Shown in pieces: positions 37,029-45,891 of a stretch of DNA of 45,891 bases. The first letter of the stretch is position 1. Each line of letters starts with the position of its first letter. A program made the position numbers and the translations under genes. The stretch comes from Nanobdellota archaeon. Its GTDB lineage: Archaea > Nanobdellota > Nanobdellia > Pacearchaeales > GW2011-AR1. The stretch lies in NCBI GenBank assembly GCA_017610405.1, contig JAFCCD010000001.1:1-45891 (forward strand). The letters run 5' to 3'. The notes beneath the pieces were generated by a model. The model saw nothing but the letters and a program-made list of their open reading frames with translations. It did not search any database and was not told the DNA's origin.

Positions 37029-37874
37029 TTAATTTTTAAATCTTTTCAAAAATTGATCATAAGAAAGAATTCCGAATTCAGAAACAATTCCTTCTATATA
37101 TTTTTTAGGAACAAATTCAAAAGCAGGGTTTTTTATCTTAATATTTTTAGGGGCTTTATCCCAGACTTCATTAAGAGATCTATGTTCAATCGGAACCTTT
37201 TGTTTTGTAAATTTCCATGAATCAGCAATAATATATAATGGAATTTTATGAAGGTGTGCAAGTTCTGCAACCATTTTACTTCCTATTTTATTTATAATTC
37301 CATTTTTTGTAAGAGCGTCTGCACCAAGAAATATCTTATTAGCATAAATTTTATCTTTTTTACTCTCCTTTTCAATTGCAAGTGCTATTGCAGAATCTAT
37401 GAACATTGTTACTTTAATTCCTGCTTCTTTCAATTCTTTTGCTGTTTTCCTTCCTTGAAAAAGGGGGCGAGTCTCTGTATTATAAACTTTAAACTTCTTC
37501 TCTCTTTTTTTTGCATAAATTAAAGCATTAATAACATTTGTAGAATGACAGTGTGTAAAAATAGTATCATTATTTTTTATTAATTTTATAGTTGAAAAAT
37601 TTATTTTTTTCTGTGATTCTTCAAAATGCTCTAATATTTTTTCTTTAGAAATTCCAGATTCAGCTAAATCCAGAACATTCCCCATCATTGGTTCTGTTGG
37701 TCGAGAAGCTAGGAGCATTTGCTTTGTTTTTTTGGAAGGAAAAATAAAATAAGCTTTTACAGCTGCTTTTGTAATATTTCGTGCCCCTTGAATTTTAACC
37801 TTTTTTATATCATTAATAATTTTATTGATCTTTCTTACATTTTCTCTTTGATTTTCATCTCTTTTTTTATTCAT
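37029..37874 (-). CDS. Ribose-1,5-bisphosphate isomerase (eIF-2B family)
   Basis: KIQGA, SRPTEP, THCHS (catalytic Cys), ETRPLFQG, GADA, NPAFE. Confidence 0.88.
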   Translation of the reverse strand: MNKKRDENQRENVRKINKIINDIKKVKIQGARNITKAAVKAYFIFPSKKTKQMLLASRPTEPMMGNVLDLAESGISKEKILEHFEESQKKINFSTIKLIKNNDTIFTHCHSTNVINALIYAKKREKKFKVYNTETRPLFQGRKTAKELKEAGIKVTMFIDSAIALAIEKESKKDKIYANKIFLGADALTKNGIINKIGSKMVAELAHLHKIPLYIIADSWKFTKQKVPIEHRSLNEVWDKAPKNIKIKNPAFEFVPKKYIEGIVSEFGILSYDQFLKRFKN

Positions 37875-37924
37875 AAATTATTAAACTTAAGAAAGTTTAA
37901 AAATTCTCTTTTTTTATTCTTTAT

Positions 37925-38785
37925 ATGTTAGAAAGTCTGGTTAATCCAAAAAGAGTTGAGAAAGGATCTTGGAAAATGTTCTTTATAGGGATGCTTTATG
38001 CTTCTCTTTCTCTTCTTCTTGTAAAATGGTTTTTTTCAAAAGATATTGTTCTCTCGCAGTATTCAGGAATACTTGTAGTAACCTTTTCTGTTATGTTTTC
38101 TTTGCCTTTTATGTATTACATAATAAAGAAAGAAGAGTTAGAAGATGAACAAGTAGTTGGATTTTTAAGTGTATGGAAAATACACAAAGATGCTATTTTT
38201 GCGCTGATGTGGCTTTTTATTGGTCTTATCATTGCTTTTTCGTTCTGGCACATTGTTTTAGGAGATTCTAATCTTTTTAATGCTCAAATAGAAACTTATT
38301 GTAGAATAAACAGTCCAGGAAATTCTTTTGGATGTATTGAAAAATATAGTATTGCAGAAACAGCAAAAGGAACTGCAAATACTGTAACAAAAAGTATAAG
38401 ATTTTTATCTATAATAGAAAATAATGTTTATGTTATGATTTTCACTTTATTTTTATCTCTGATTTTTGGCGCAGGGGCCATATTTATTCTAACTTGGAAT
38501 GCTAGTGTTATTTCTACTGCAATAAATATTTTTACACAATATAGTATAAAAGAAATTCCTTTAGGGGTATTAAGATATATGATTCATGGGTTTCCAGAAA
38601 TTGCAGCTTATTTTATAACAGCACTTGCAGGAGGAATTTTTGGGGTCGGGGTCCTTAGAAATGGTATACATGGTAAAAGATTTATCCATGTTCTGGAAAA
38701 TGTAGTTATTCTTTTATTTATTGCCCTGATAATTTTAGTGATTGCTGCTTTAATAGAAGTTTATTTTACCCCTTTATTGTTTTAA
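37925..38785 (+). CDS. SpoIIM/DUF95-family membrane protein
   Basis: Multi-TM; IIENN, WNAS, HGFPEIAAY, AALIEV. Confidence 0.85.
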   Translation: MLESLVNPKRVEKGSWKMFFIGMLYASLSLLLVKWFFSKDIVLSQYSGILVVTFSVMFSLPFMYYIIKKEELEDEQVVGFLSVWKIHKDAIFALMWLFIGLIIAFSFWHIVLGDSNLFNAQIETYCRINSPGNSFGCIEKYSIAETAKGTANTVTKSIRFLSIIENNVYVMIFTLFLSLIFGAGAIFILTWNASVISTAINIFTQYSIKEIPLGVLRYMIHGFPEIAAYFITALAGGIFGVGVLRNGIHGKRFIHVLENVVILLFIALIILVIAALIEVYFTPLLF

Positions 38786-38848
38786 TTGATAAAAATTTAT
38801 AGAATCTCTTTCTATAAAATTTAAAAATGAAAAAACACTTAATTATTT

Positions 38849-39862
38849 ATGGTAAACATTTTATTAATTTTTTCTTTTATCATAAGTTTTGTTTTAACTA
38901 ATTTAACACTTCCTTTTTGGATAAGGATGACTAAAAAAGCAGGTCTTATTTGGGAAGACATGAACAAACCAGGAAAACCAAAAAATGTATCTGCTTCAGG
39001 GGGAATAGTTGTAATCATTGCATTTATTATAGGTATTTTTTATTATATTGCTATAAGAACATTTATTCTAAAAGATTTGACCTCAATAAATCTTGAGATT
39101 TTTGCTTTGTTAAGTGTTGTATTAATTTTATCACTAGTAGGAATTGTTGATGATATGCTGGGATGGAAAAATAAAGGTTTATCAAAAAGAACAAGAATTT
39201 TGCTTGCATTTATTGCCGCAATTCCATTAGTTGTGATTAATGTTGGAACATCAGTAATAAATTTTCCTTTTCTTGGACCAATCAATTTTGGGATTTTTTA
39301 CCCTTTATTTCTAATTCCATTAGGAATTGCAGGAGCAACAACCACTTATAATTTTTTAGCAGGTTATAATGGTCTAGAAGCTGGGCAAGGGATCCTTATA
39401 CTTGGATTTTTATCTTATGTTGCCTATATTTCTGGGCATGCATGGCTTACTGTAGTAAGTCTAACAATGGTATTTGCATTGATTGGTTTTTGGTTTTATA
39501 ATAAATACCCTGCAAAAGTTTTCCCAGGAGATTCTTTAACATGGACTATAGGTGCACTTATTGCAGGAATATCTATATTAGGTAATTTTCAAAAAATAGC
39601 ACTATTTGTATTTCTTCCTTACATAATTGAAACTGGCTTAAAACTTAGAGGAAAACTTGAAAAACAATCTTTCGCTAAACCGAATAAAGATGGAAGTCTT
39701 GAAATGCCCTACAAAAAGATTTATGGGTTGGAACATCTTGCTATTTATGTTCTTAAAAAAATAAAACCAAGCAAAAAAGTTTATGAAAAAGAAGTTGTTT
39801 ATCTTATCCATGGATTTCAAATATTTATCATAATTTTAGCATTCTTCCTTTTTATATATTAA
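38849..39862 (+). CDS. Polyprenyl-phosphate GlcNAc-1-phosphate transferase (MraY/GPT family, AglH/Alg7-like)
   Basis: DMNK, GIVDD, NFLAGYNGLE, YNKYPAKVFPGDS. Confidence 0.92.
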   Translation: MVNILLIFSFIISFVLTNLTLPFWIRMTKKAGLIWEDMNKPGKPKNVSASGGIVVIIAFIIGIFYYIAIRTFILKDLTSINLEIFALLSVVLILSLVGIVDDMLGWKNKGLSKRTRILLAFIAAIPLVVINVGTSVINFPFLGPINFGIFYPLFLIPLGIAGATTTYNFLAGYNGLEAGQGILILGFLSYVAYISGHAWLTVVSLTMVFALIGFWFYNKYPAKVFPGDSLTWTIGALIAGISILGNFQKIALFVFLPYIIETGLKLRGKLEKQSFAKPNKDGSLEMPYKKIYGLEHLAIYVLKKIKPSKKVYEKEVVYLIHGFQIFIIILAFFLFIY

Positions 39863-39924
39863 TAAAGATTTTAAAAGGAGTTTCCCTTTTCTATAAAATA
39901 TTAAATTATTAAATATTTATAAAA

Positions 39925-42807
39925 ATGAGTGAAAAAGATTCTATAAAAATAAACTTTGGTAAATTATTTCCAAATAAACCAACCTTAATATTTTCCATAT
40001 TATTTTTTATCTCACTTTTTATTAATCTTCTAAGTGTTTTAAAAATAAGTTTTGGAATTCCAATAATGGGTCAATTTCTTTCTATTTTTCCATCTTTACT
40101 TTTGTGGACTCTGAGTTTAGCCTTAGCAATCTCTGCAATACTTGCTTATTTTAAGAAATTTAAATTCATGTTTTTACCAATAATAATTTGGCTACTCCTT
40201 ACATCTGTAATTGTCAGAACACCTAATATAGCTCAATTAAAAGATATAACAACAGGAGAATGGACTCTTGCTCCTGATTTAGATCCTTTTTTATATCTAA
40301 GACTTGCACAAAACATCAATGATGGAACTCTTCAAAATCCTGATGTAATAAGATATGCTCCTATTGGTGCAAAAAATTATGCCTTGCAAAATCTTATGCC
40401 TTTGACTATCTTTTCTATTTATAAAATAATGTCGATTTTTAAAGAAACATCTTTAACTTATGCAGCAATAATAACCCCTGTAATTCTCTTTTTTGCTTCT
40501 TGTATTGGATTTTTGTTGTTTGTTAAAGTTCTAGGCTCATTAAAATTCTCCAAAAAAAAATCATGGTTATTTGCCATTATAGCAACACTGTTTTATATTT
40601 TTATTCCAGCAATGCTCCATAGAACTGTTGCAGGAGTTCCTGAAATTGAAAGTCTTGGTTTGGTTTGGTTTTGGCTTGCATTTTTATTCTTTGTTATGGC
40701 ATGGAAAGAAATAAAATCAAAGAAAATAATTACTTATGGAATTTTATCAGGAATTTTCACAGGATTAATGTCTTGGAGTTGGGGGGGATATAGATATATT
40801 TATATGGTTATTGGGCTTACTACTCTTTTAATTTTTTTATTTCAAAAAGATAGAATAAAGAATAGAAAAATTTTGCTTTCTTGGGTAATCCCTGCACTAT
40901 TAATAGTTTTATTACAAACAAAAAATATCCAATCTCTTTTGACAAGTATGAGTGATACTGGATTTGGTTTTTTTGTTTTGTTTTTAATTCTAATTGATTT
41001 TATCTTGTTTGATACAAAATTAAAAAATAAAATAAAAATAGAAAAAATTAATTTTCCAAGATCAATAGTGAGTTCAGTAATTGGTATATTAATTTTGGTT
41101 TTAGTTTTATTAATTTTCGAACCTAATTTTTTAATTAATGCAATAAAGGATATATTTGAAAGATTATTATATCCTTTTGGAAGAGCAAGGGTTGGATTAA
41201 CTGTTGCAGAAAATAGGGTTCCTTATCTTATAGAAATTTTACAAAGATTTGGTTCTTTTTTATGGGTTTTTGTTATTGGAACAATAGTGATATTTTACGA
41301 GGCATTTAAAAAATTCAAGTTAAAACAGAAAATGATTCTTAATGGATTTTTTATATTATTTATTCTTGGAGCAGTATTTAGTAAATATTCTCCAACAAGT
41401 ATTTTAAATGGGGTTAGTTTCTTCTCTAAATTAATTTATATGGGCGGATTGTTAGTCTTTGGTTTTGTATTGTTGTATACTATTTCAAAAGCACATGTAA
41501 AAAAAGATGAGAAAATACTACAAAATTTTAAAGAAATTAATTTTTTATACATTTTTCTGCTAGTCCTTTCTTTTTGGGCAATTATATCTATGAAAGGGGC
41601 TATTAGATTATTTTTTATAATTTCTCCTATTATTATTTTAATTTCTAGTTTTTTGTTTGTCAATATATTAGATTATAAAGAAAAAAATAAAAATAATAGT
41701 TCAAAAAAACTAACAGCTTTAATAGTTTTAGGGGTTTTAATCATAATCCTGGCTGGAAATTTTGTTGATTATTCTATTAAGACGGTTTCTGAAGCAAAAA
41801 ATACTGTTCCAGGAATATATGAAAAACAATGGCAATCTACAATGGCATGGGTTAGAGAAAATACCATTGTAGAATCTATATTTGTTCATTGGTGGGATTA
41901 TGGATATTGGATTCAAACACTAGGGGAACGAGCAACTGTAACAGATGGGGGACATTTTATTGGTTACTGGCCTCATTTAATAGGAAGATATGTATTAACT
42001 ACCCCTTATCCAGAAACAGCCCTTAGTTTTATGAAATCACATAATGTATCTCATCTTTTAATTGATTCTACAGACCTTGGAAAATATAGTGCTTATTCAA
42101 GCATTGGAAGTGATGAAACAGGGGTAGATAGGCTTTCTCAGATTCCAATTATGAATTTAGATCCAAATCAAATAAATAAAAATGAAGATAAAGAGATAAG
42201 GGTTTACCAAGGAGGTGTTTTTGTTGATGAAGATATAATTTATGAACAAGGTGACCAAAAAATATTTTTGCCTGCAACTAAAGCAGCAATTGCAGGAGTA
42301 ATAATTGAATTTTCAGAAAAAAACAAGAATCTTTCTTTTAGTCAAGCACGAGGTATTTTTGTTTATAATAATCAACAGATGATTATTCCTATTAGGTATA
42401 TTTATTTTAAAGGTGAGCTTATTGATCTTGGTGGTGGTTTGAACGCTGCTGTCCAAATTATCCCTTCTGTTAGTTCACCAGGGCAAAATTTTCAAATTGA
42501 TAATCTTGGTGCAGTAATTTATTTATCGCCAAAAGTTTATAGCAGTTTATTTACTCAACTCTATTTAATGAATGATCCTCTTAATAAATACCCTACAATA
42601 AAACCAGCTCATTTTGAACAAGACCCATTAATTCTTAATTTAAGAGTTCAGGGAGCAGATATAAGAGAATTTTTATATTATGGTGGTTTTAGAGGACCTA
42701 TAAAAATATGGAAAGTAAACTATCCTGTGAATATTCTTGCAAAAGAAGAATTTCTAAGAACAGAAGGAGAATTTGCAGAATTTGATGATTTAAAGTTTAT
42801 TAAATAA
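39925..42807 (+). CDS. aglB: Oligosaccharyltransferase AglB (STT3)
   Basis: DLDP, TVAE, WWDYGYWI; many TM helices. Confidence 0.96.
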   Translation: MSEKDSIKINFGKLFPNKPTLIFSILFFISLFINLLSVLKISFGIPIMGQFLSIFPSLLLWTLSLALAISAILAYFKKFKFMFLPIIIWLLLTSVIVRTPNIAQLKDITTGEWTLAPDLDPFLYLRLAQNINDGTLQNPDVIRYAPIGAKNYALQNLMPLTIFSIYKIMSIFKETSLTYAAIITPVILFFASCIGFLLFVKVLGSLKFSKKKSWLFAIIATLFYIFIPAMLHRTVAGVPEIESLGLVWFWLAFLFFVMAWKEIKSKKIITYGILSGIFTGLMSWSWGGYRYIYMVIGLTTLLIFLFQKDRIKNRKILLSWVIPALLIVLLQTKNIQSLLTSMSDTGFGFFVLFLILIDFILFDTKLKNKIKIEKINFPRSIVSSVIGILILVLVLLIFEPNFLINAIKDIFERLLYPFGRARVGLTVAENRVPYLIEILQRFGSFLWVFVIGTIVIFYEAFKKFKLKQKMILNGFFILFILGAVFSKYSPTSILNGVSFFSKLIYMGGLLVFGFVLLYTISKAHVKKDEKILQNFKEINFLYIFLLVLSFWAIISMKGAIRLFFIISPIIILISSFLFVNILDYKEKNKNNSSKKLTALIVLGVLIIILAGNFVDYSIKTVSEAKNTVPGIYEKQWQSTMAWVRENTIVESIFVHWWDYGYWIQTLGERATVTDGGHFIGYWPHLIGRYVLTTPYPETALSFMKSHNVSHLLIDSTDLGKYSAYSSIGSDETGVDRLSQIPIMNLDPNQINKNEDKEIRVYQGGVFVDEDIIYEQGDQKIFLPATKAAIAGVIIEFSEKNKNLSFSQARGIFVYNNQQMIIPIRYIYFKGELIDLGGGLNAAVQIIPSVSSPGQNFQIDNLGAVIYLSPKVYSSLFTQLYLMNDPLNKYPTIKPAHFEQDPLILNLRVQGADIREFLYYGGFRGPIKIWKVNYPVNILAKEEFLRTEGEFAEFDDLKFIK

Positions 42808-42877
42808 TTTAATATAAAAAATAACTTATAGATTGTTTCTTCATAAGCTTTAAAATAAGACATTTTCTAGAAAAGAT

Positions 42878-43927
42878 ATGAACAAATCTTCAAATATAGC
42901 TATTATAATAGGTACAAAGGCAGAACTTATCAAATGTATACCTGTTATGTTGGAATTGCAAAAACAGAAAAAAGAATATTGGTTTATTCACACTGGCCAG
43001 CATTCTCTTGGAGAAGCATGTACAGAATTTGGAGTTAAAAAACCAGATTTTATTTTAAGTAAAGAACCTGATAGAAGTACTAAATTTTGGTCTAAAATAA
43101 ACAGAAATTCTTTGATATGGTTTTTACAAATGATTCCAAAAATAAGAAGGTCTTTAAAAAAATTAAAACTCAAATACATTATTTATCATGGAGATACTAT
43201 GAGTACAGCTGCTGCCTCTATTGCTTCAAGTAAGCTTCTTAATCTAAAAAAGACATGGGAAAGTGTTCATTTAGAAGCAGGGTTAAGATCTGGCTCTTTA
43301 TTCGAGCCTTTTCCAGAAGAACTTTCCAGGATAATAAGTGATAAATTTTCTGATATCCTTTTAGCTGTTTCTGATTTAACAGAGAAAAATCTACAAAAAT
43401 ATAAAAATAAGAAAAAAATATTAAAAATTGGAAATACTATAATTGATTCTGCTCTTTTATCTTATGACCAAGCTAAAAAAAAGGGGTTTAAAAAGATTAA
43501 ATCACGATATGCGTTAATAAATATTCATCGGCATGAAAATATCAAAAACAAAGAAAGACTTGAAAAGATTATTAAGATATTGAATGCAGTAAAAATAAAT
43601 GCCATATGGCCTTTACATGCAAATACTGCAAGAGCCATAGAAGAATTTGGATTTGCCAACAAAGTAAAAAATATGAAAAACATTCAATTAAAATCTTTAA
43701 CTAATTATGATAACTTTATCTTTCTTCTTGCTAATTGTGAATATTTAATAACTGACGGAGGAAGTATACAAGAAGAAAGCCTTGTTTTCAAAAAACCATG
43801 TATTTTGTTGAGGAAAAAAACAGAAAGGCAAGAAGGTCTAAGTACAGGAATTAATTTTTTAACAAATTTAAAAAATCCTTATGGTAAAAAAGAATTAAGT
43901 AAAAAGATAATAAATATTTTAAAATAA
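42878..43927 (+). CDS. UDP-GlcNAc 2-epimerase (WecB-like)
   Basis: GTKAELIK, HTGQH, HGDT, HLEAGLRS, PFPEE, HRHEN, TDGGSIQEE, NPYG. Confidence 0.9.
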   Translation: MNKSSNIAIIIGTKAELIKCIPVMLELQKQKKEYWFIHTGQHSLGEACTEFGVKKPDFILSKEPDRSTKFWSKINRNSLIWFLQMIPKIRRSLKKLKLKYIIYHGDTMSTAAASIASSKLLNLKKTWESVHLEAGLRSGSLFEPFPEELSRIISDKFSDILLAVSDLTEKNLQKYKNKKKILKIGNTIIDSALLSYDQAKKKGFKKIKSRYALINIHRHENIKNKERLEKIIKILNAVKINAIWPLHANTARAIEEFGFANKVKNMKNIQLKSLTNYDNFIFLLANCEYLITDGGSIQEESLVFKKPCILLRKKTERQEGLSTGINFLTNLKNPYGKKELSKKIINILK

Positions 43928-43928
43928 A

Positions 43929-44687
43929 ATGAAGACAGCAATAATAGGATATACTGGATTTGTGGGGGGTAATTTATTAAAAAATAATAAATTTGAAGGG
44001 CTATATAATTCTAAAAATATTGAAGATATTCAGAATAAAAATTATAATTTAATCATCTGTGCAGGTGTTCCTGCTGAAAAATGGAGAGCAAACAGAGAAC
44101 CTGAAAAAGACAGGAAAAATATTGGGAGATTGATGAAAAGTTTAGAAAACGTGGATGCTAATGAATTTATTCTTATTTCCACAATAGATGTTTATCCAAA
44201 TCCAATAGGAGTTAATGAAGATACTGTAATCAATAAAGAATTTTTAAGTCCTTATGGATTAAATAGGAAACTTCTTGAAGAGTTTGTACAAAGGGAGTTC
44301 AATTCAAAAATAATAAGACTTCCTGGATTATTTGGGAGAAATTTGAAGAAAAATTTTATATTTGATATGATAAATAAGACAAATTTTGATAAAACCCATC
44401 AAGATAGTGTTTTCCAATATTATCCTATAAAAAGATTATGGGGAGAAATTATTAAAACTAAAAAAATAGGAACAAAATTAATCAACATAGCTACAGAACC
44501 AATTAGTGCAAAAGAAATTTCTAGAAAAATTTTTGGATTTGAATTCAAGAATAATTTACAAGGACCTGCATCAATATATGATGTGAGAACGAAATATGCA
44601 GATAAATGGGGTGGAAAAATAAATTATTTATATAATAAAAAAGTAATTTTGGATGATTTAACTCAATTTGTGGGGAAGATAAAATAA
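43929..44687 (+). CDS. NAD-dependent epimerase/dehydratase-like protein
   Basis: IIGYTGFVG Rossmann motif, ISTIDVY, YGLNR, IRLPGLFG. Confidence 0.85.
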   Translation: MKTAIIGYTGFVGGNLLKNNKFEGLYNSKNIEDIQNKNYNLIICAGVPAEKWRANREPEKDRKNIGRLMKSLENVDANEFILISTIDVYPNPIGVNEDTVINKEFLSPYGLNRKLLEEFVQREFNSKIIRLPGLFGRNLKKNFIFDMINKTNFDKTHQDSVFQYYPIKRLWGEIIKTKKIGTKLINIATEPISAKEISRKIFGFEFKNNLQGPASIYDVRTKYADKWGGKINYLYNKKVILDDLTQFVGKIK

Positions 44688-45823
44688 TGGAAGATACAAA
44701 AAAAATACAGAAAAAACCTAACGAAGGAGATTTAAAAAAACATCCTGGACAGTTATTCAGGGAGTTATGGGATGAAAAAAATATAAAAAGAGAATTAAAG
44801 AGGGCTAAACAAGTAGGGGAAATGCCTTTTTTCAATCTCGACAAGATAGAATTGCACCCTGCAAAATCTTGTAATCTACGATGCTCTTTCTGTTATGGAA
44901 AGGATGTTGTCCCAGATAAAAAAGATAGAAGAATTTTATCATTAAACAACATTGAAAAAATTTTGACAGATGTGAGAGAAAATATGCCTAACGAAGAACC
45001 TTTAATAATTTATGCAGGATTATACAGCGAACCTTTATTACATCCAAACATAGATGAGGTGATAAAAACTACAGGAATAAAAGGATTTAGACAAGGTATA
45101 TATACAAATGGCCTATTGATGGAAAAAATTTTGATAGAAGAAATAGCAGAAGCCGCAATAAAAAATAGAAATAATAAACCATCTTATATAGTGTTTAATG
45201 TTACTGCCTCAATTGTTTCTGAAAAACATGAAAAAAATTTATCCACTCTACTTAATAATATCGAAGAGATTTCTAAAGTTAAGGAAAAAATAAATTCTCC
45301 TTTATTACTCAATTGCTCTTTACATGCTATTGCAGAAAAAGAAGATCATTATAGAGAGGTTGCTTTAAAATTAAAAGATATTGGGGTAAACAACATAAGA
45401 TTATCTTTTCCTTGGGGGCCTCAAATAAATGAATCAAATCAGATGGGAGTAAATTTAACAAGAAAACAATATATAGAATATGAGAATCAATTTCAAGAAT
45501 TAGAGAAAGAGTTTCCTAGCTTAATTAGTATAAGATATCCTCCAAAAAAATTATTTAATAAATGTTTTGTTGGTACACTAGGAATGTCAATCAGTTCTGA
45601 AGGAGATATTTTTCCATGCCCAGAAGTTTCATCATTATTATTCAAGAAGACACATTCTTATGGGTCAATACATGAAAAGAAAATATCTGAAATTTGGCAT
45701 GGGAAAGAACATAGAGAATTATTTTTAAGATTGAACCCATATACTGTAGAAAAGCCTTGTGTTTGTTGTCATACAGACGAAGATCTTAATAAAAAGTTTG
45801 CACAATTTTGGTCATCAGAGTAA
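44687..45823 (+). CDS. Radical SAM protein with a SPASM/twitch-like C-terminal domain
   Basis: CNLRCSFC, EPLLHP, TNG; C-terminal C...GDIFPC...YGSI...IW...CVCC. Confidence 0.92.
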   Translation: MEDTKKIQKKPNEGDLKKHPGQLFRELWDEKNIKRELKRAKQVGEMPFFNLDKIELHPAKSCNLRCSFCYGKDVVPDKKDRRILSLNNIEKILTDVRENMPNEEPLIIYAGLYSEPLLHPNIDEVIKTTGIKGFRQGIYTNGLLMEKILIEEIAEAAIKNRNNKPSYIVFNVTASIVSEKHEKNLSTLLNNIEEISKVKEKINSPLLLNCSLHAIAEKEDHYREVALKLKDIGVNNIRLSFPWGPQINESNQMGVNLTRKQYIEYENQFQELEKEFPSLISIRYPPKKLFNKCFVGTLGMSISSEGDIFPCPEVSSLLFKKTHSYGSIHEKKISEIWHGKEHRELFLRLNPYTVEKPCVCCHTDEDLNKKFAQFWSSE

Positions 45824-45856
45824 ATTTTTGCTGCTTCGCTTTGATGATTTAAAAAA

Positions 45857-45891
45857 TCAATCTTTCAGGGCTTCATCATAAATTTTTCTTA
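45857..45891 (-). CDS. Possible 3' end of a convergent gene that starts beyond the window
   Basis: Minus strand reads ...RKIYDEALKD*; too short to assign. Confidence 0.3.
   Translation of the reverse strand, partial: RKIYDEALKD

Noticed and set aside
38796..42874. TTTCTA(T/G)AAAA motif upstream of aglH-like, aglB and wecB-like genes, plus a 9-bp inverted repeat at 38796-38818
   Set aside because: Position relative to the TATA box is inconsistent, and such words are likely by chance in very AT-rich intergenic DNA.
1..45891. DGR template repeat, CRISPR array, rRNA, transposase or integrase
   Set aside because: No AAC-rich copy of the VR, no regularly spaced repeats and no such genes found by eye; a computational self-alignment would be needed to exclude weak copies.

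Overview
AT-rich archaeal genome segment, most likely a DPANN organism (Pacearchaeota-like, inferred from the gene set, including an archaeosortase next to S-layer genes and AMP phosphorylase plus ribose-1,5-bisphosphate isomerase). Most of it is core genome: an S-layer/sortase surface locus (1-6.8 kb), sepF, pfdB, rpoP, rpl37ae, tRNA-Pro, rpl11, spt5, secE, ftsZ, an FKBP PPIase, eIF5A, rpl40e, an M50 protease, rpl1/10/12, tRNA-Thr, tRNA-Ser, the S10-spc ribosomal cluster through secY and pfdA, and the start of an N-glycosylation cluster (aglH-like, aglB, wecB-like, epimerase, radical SAM). The main unusual feature is an apparently collapsed diversity-generating retroelement (DGR) at 15.8-16.6 kb. 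A C-type-lectin-fold-like target gene with a GC-rich, A-poor variable region and a 3' hairpin runs directly into what looks like the last 37 codons of a DGR reverse transcriptase; no TR, avd or RT core is visible. Other points: rnp1 is missing from its usual slot and all three tRNAs have TATA boxes spaced for leaderless transcription; a stand-alone CARF-like protein lies beside rpl1; the major S-layer gene has a frameshifting deletion; a TolB-like surface protein gene sits between secE and spt5. All family calls come from reading motifs by eye, with no database searches.
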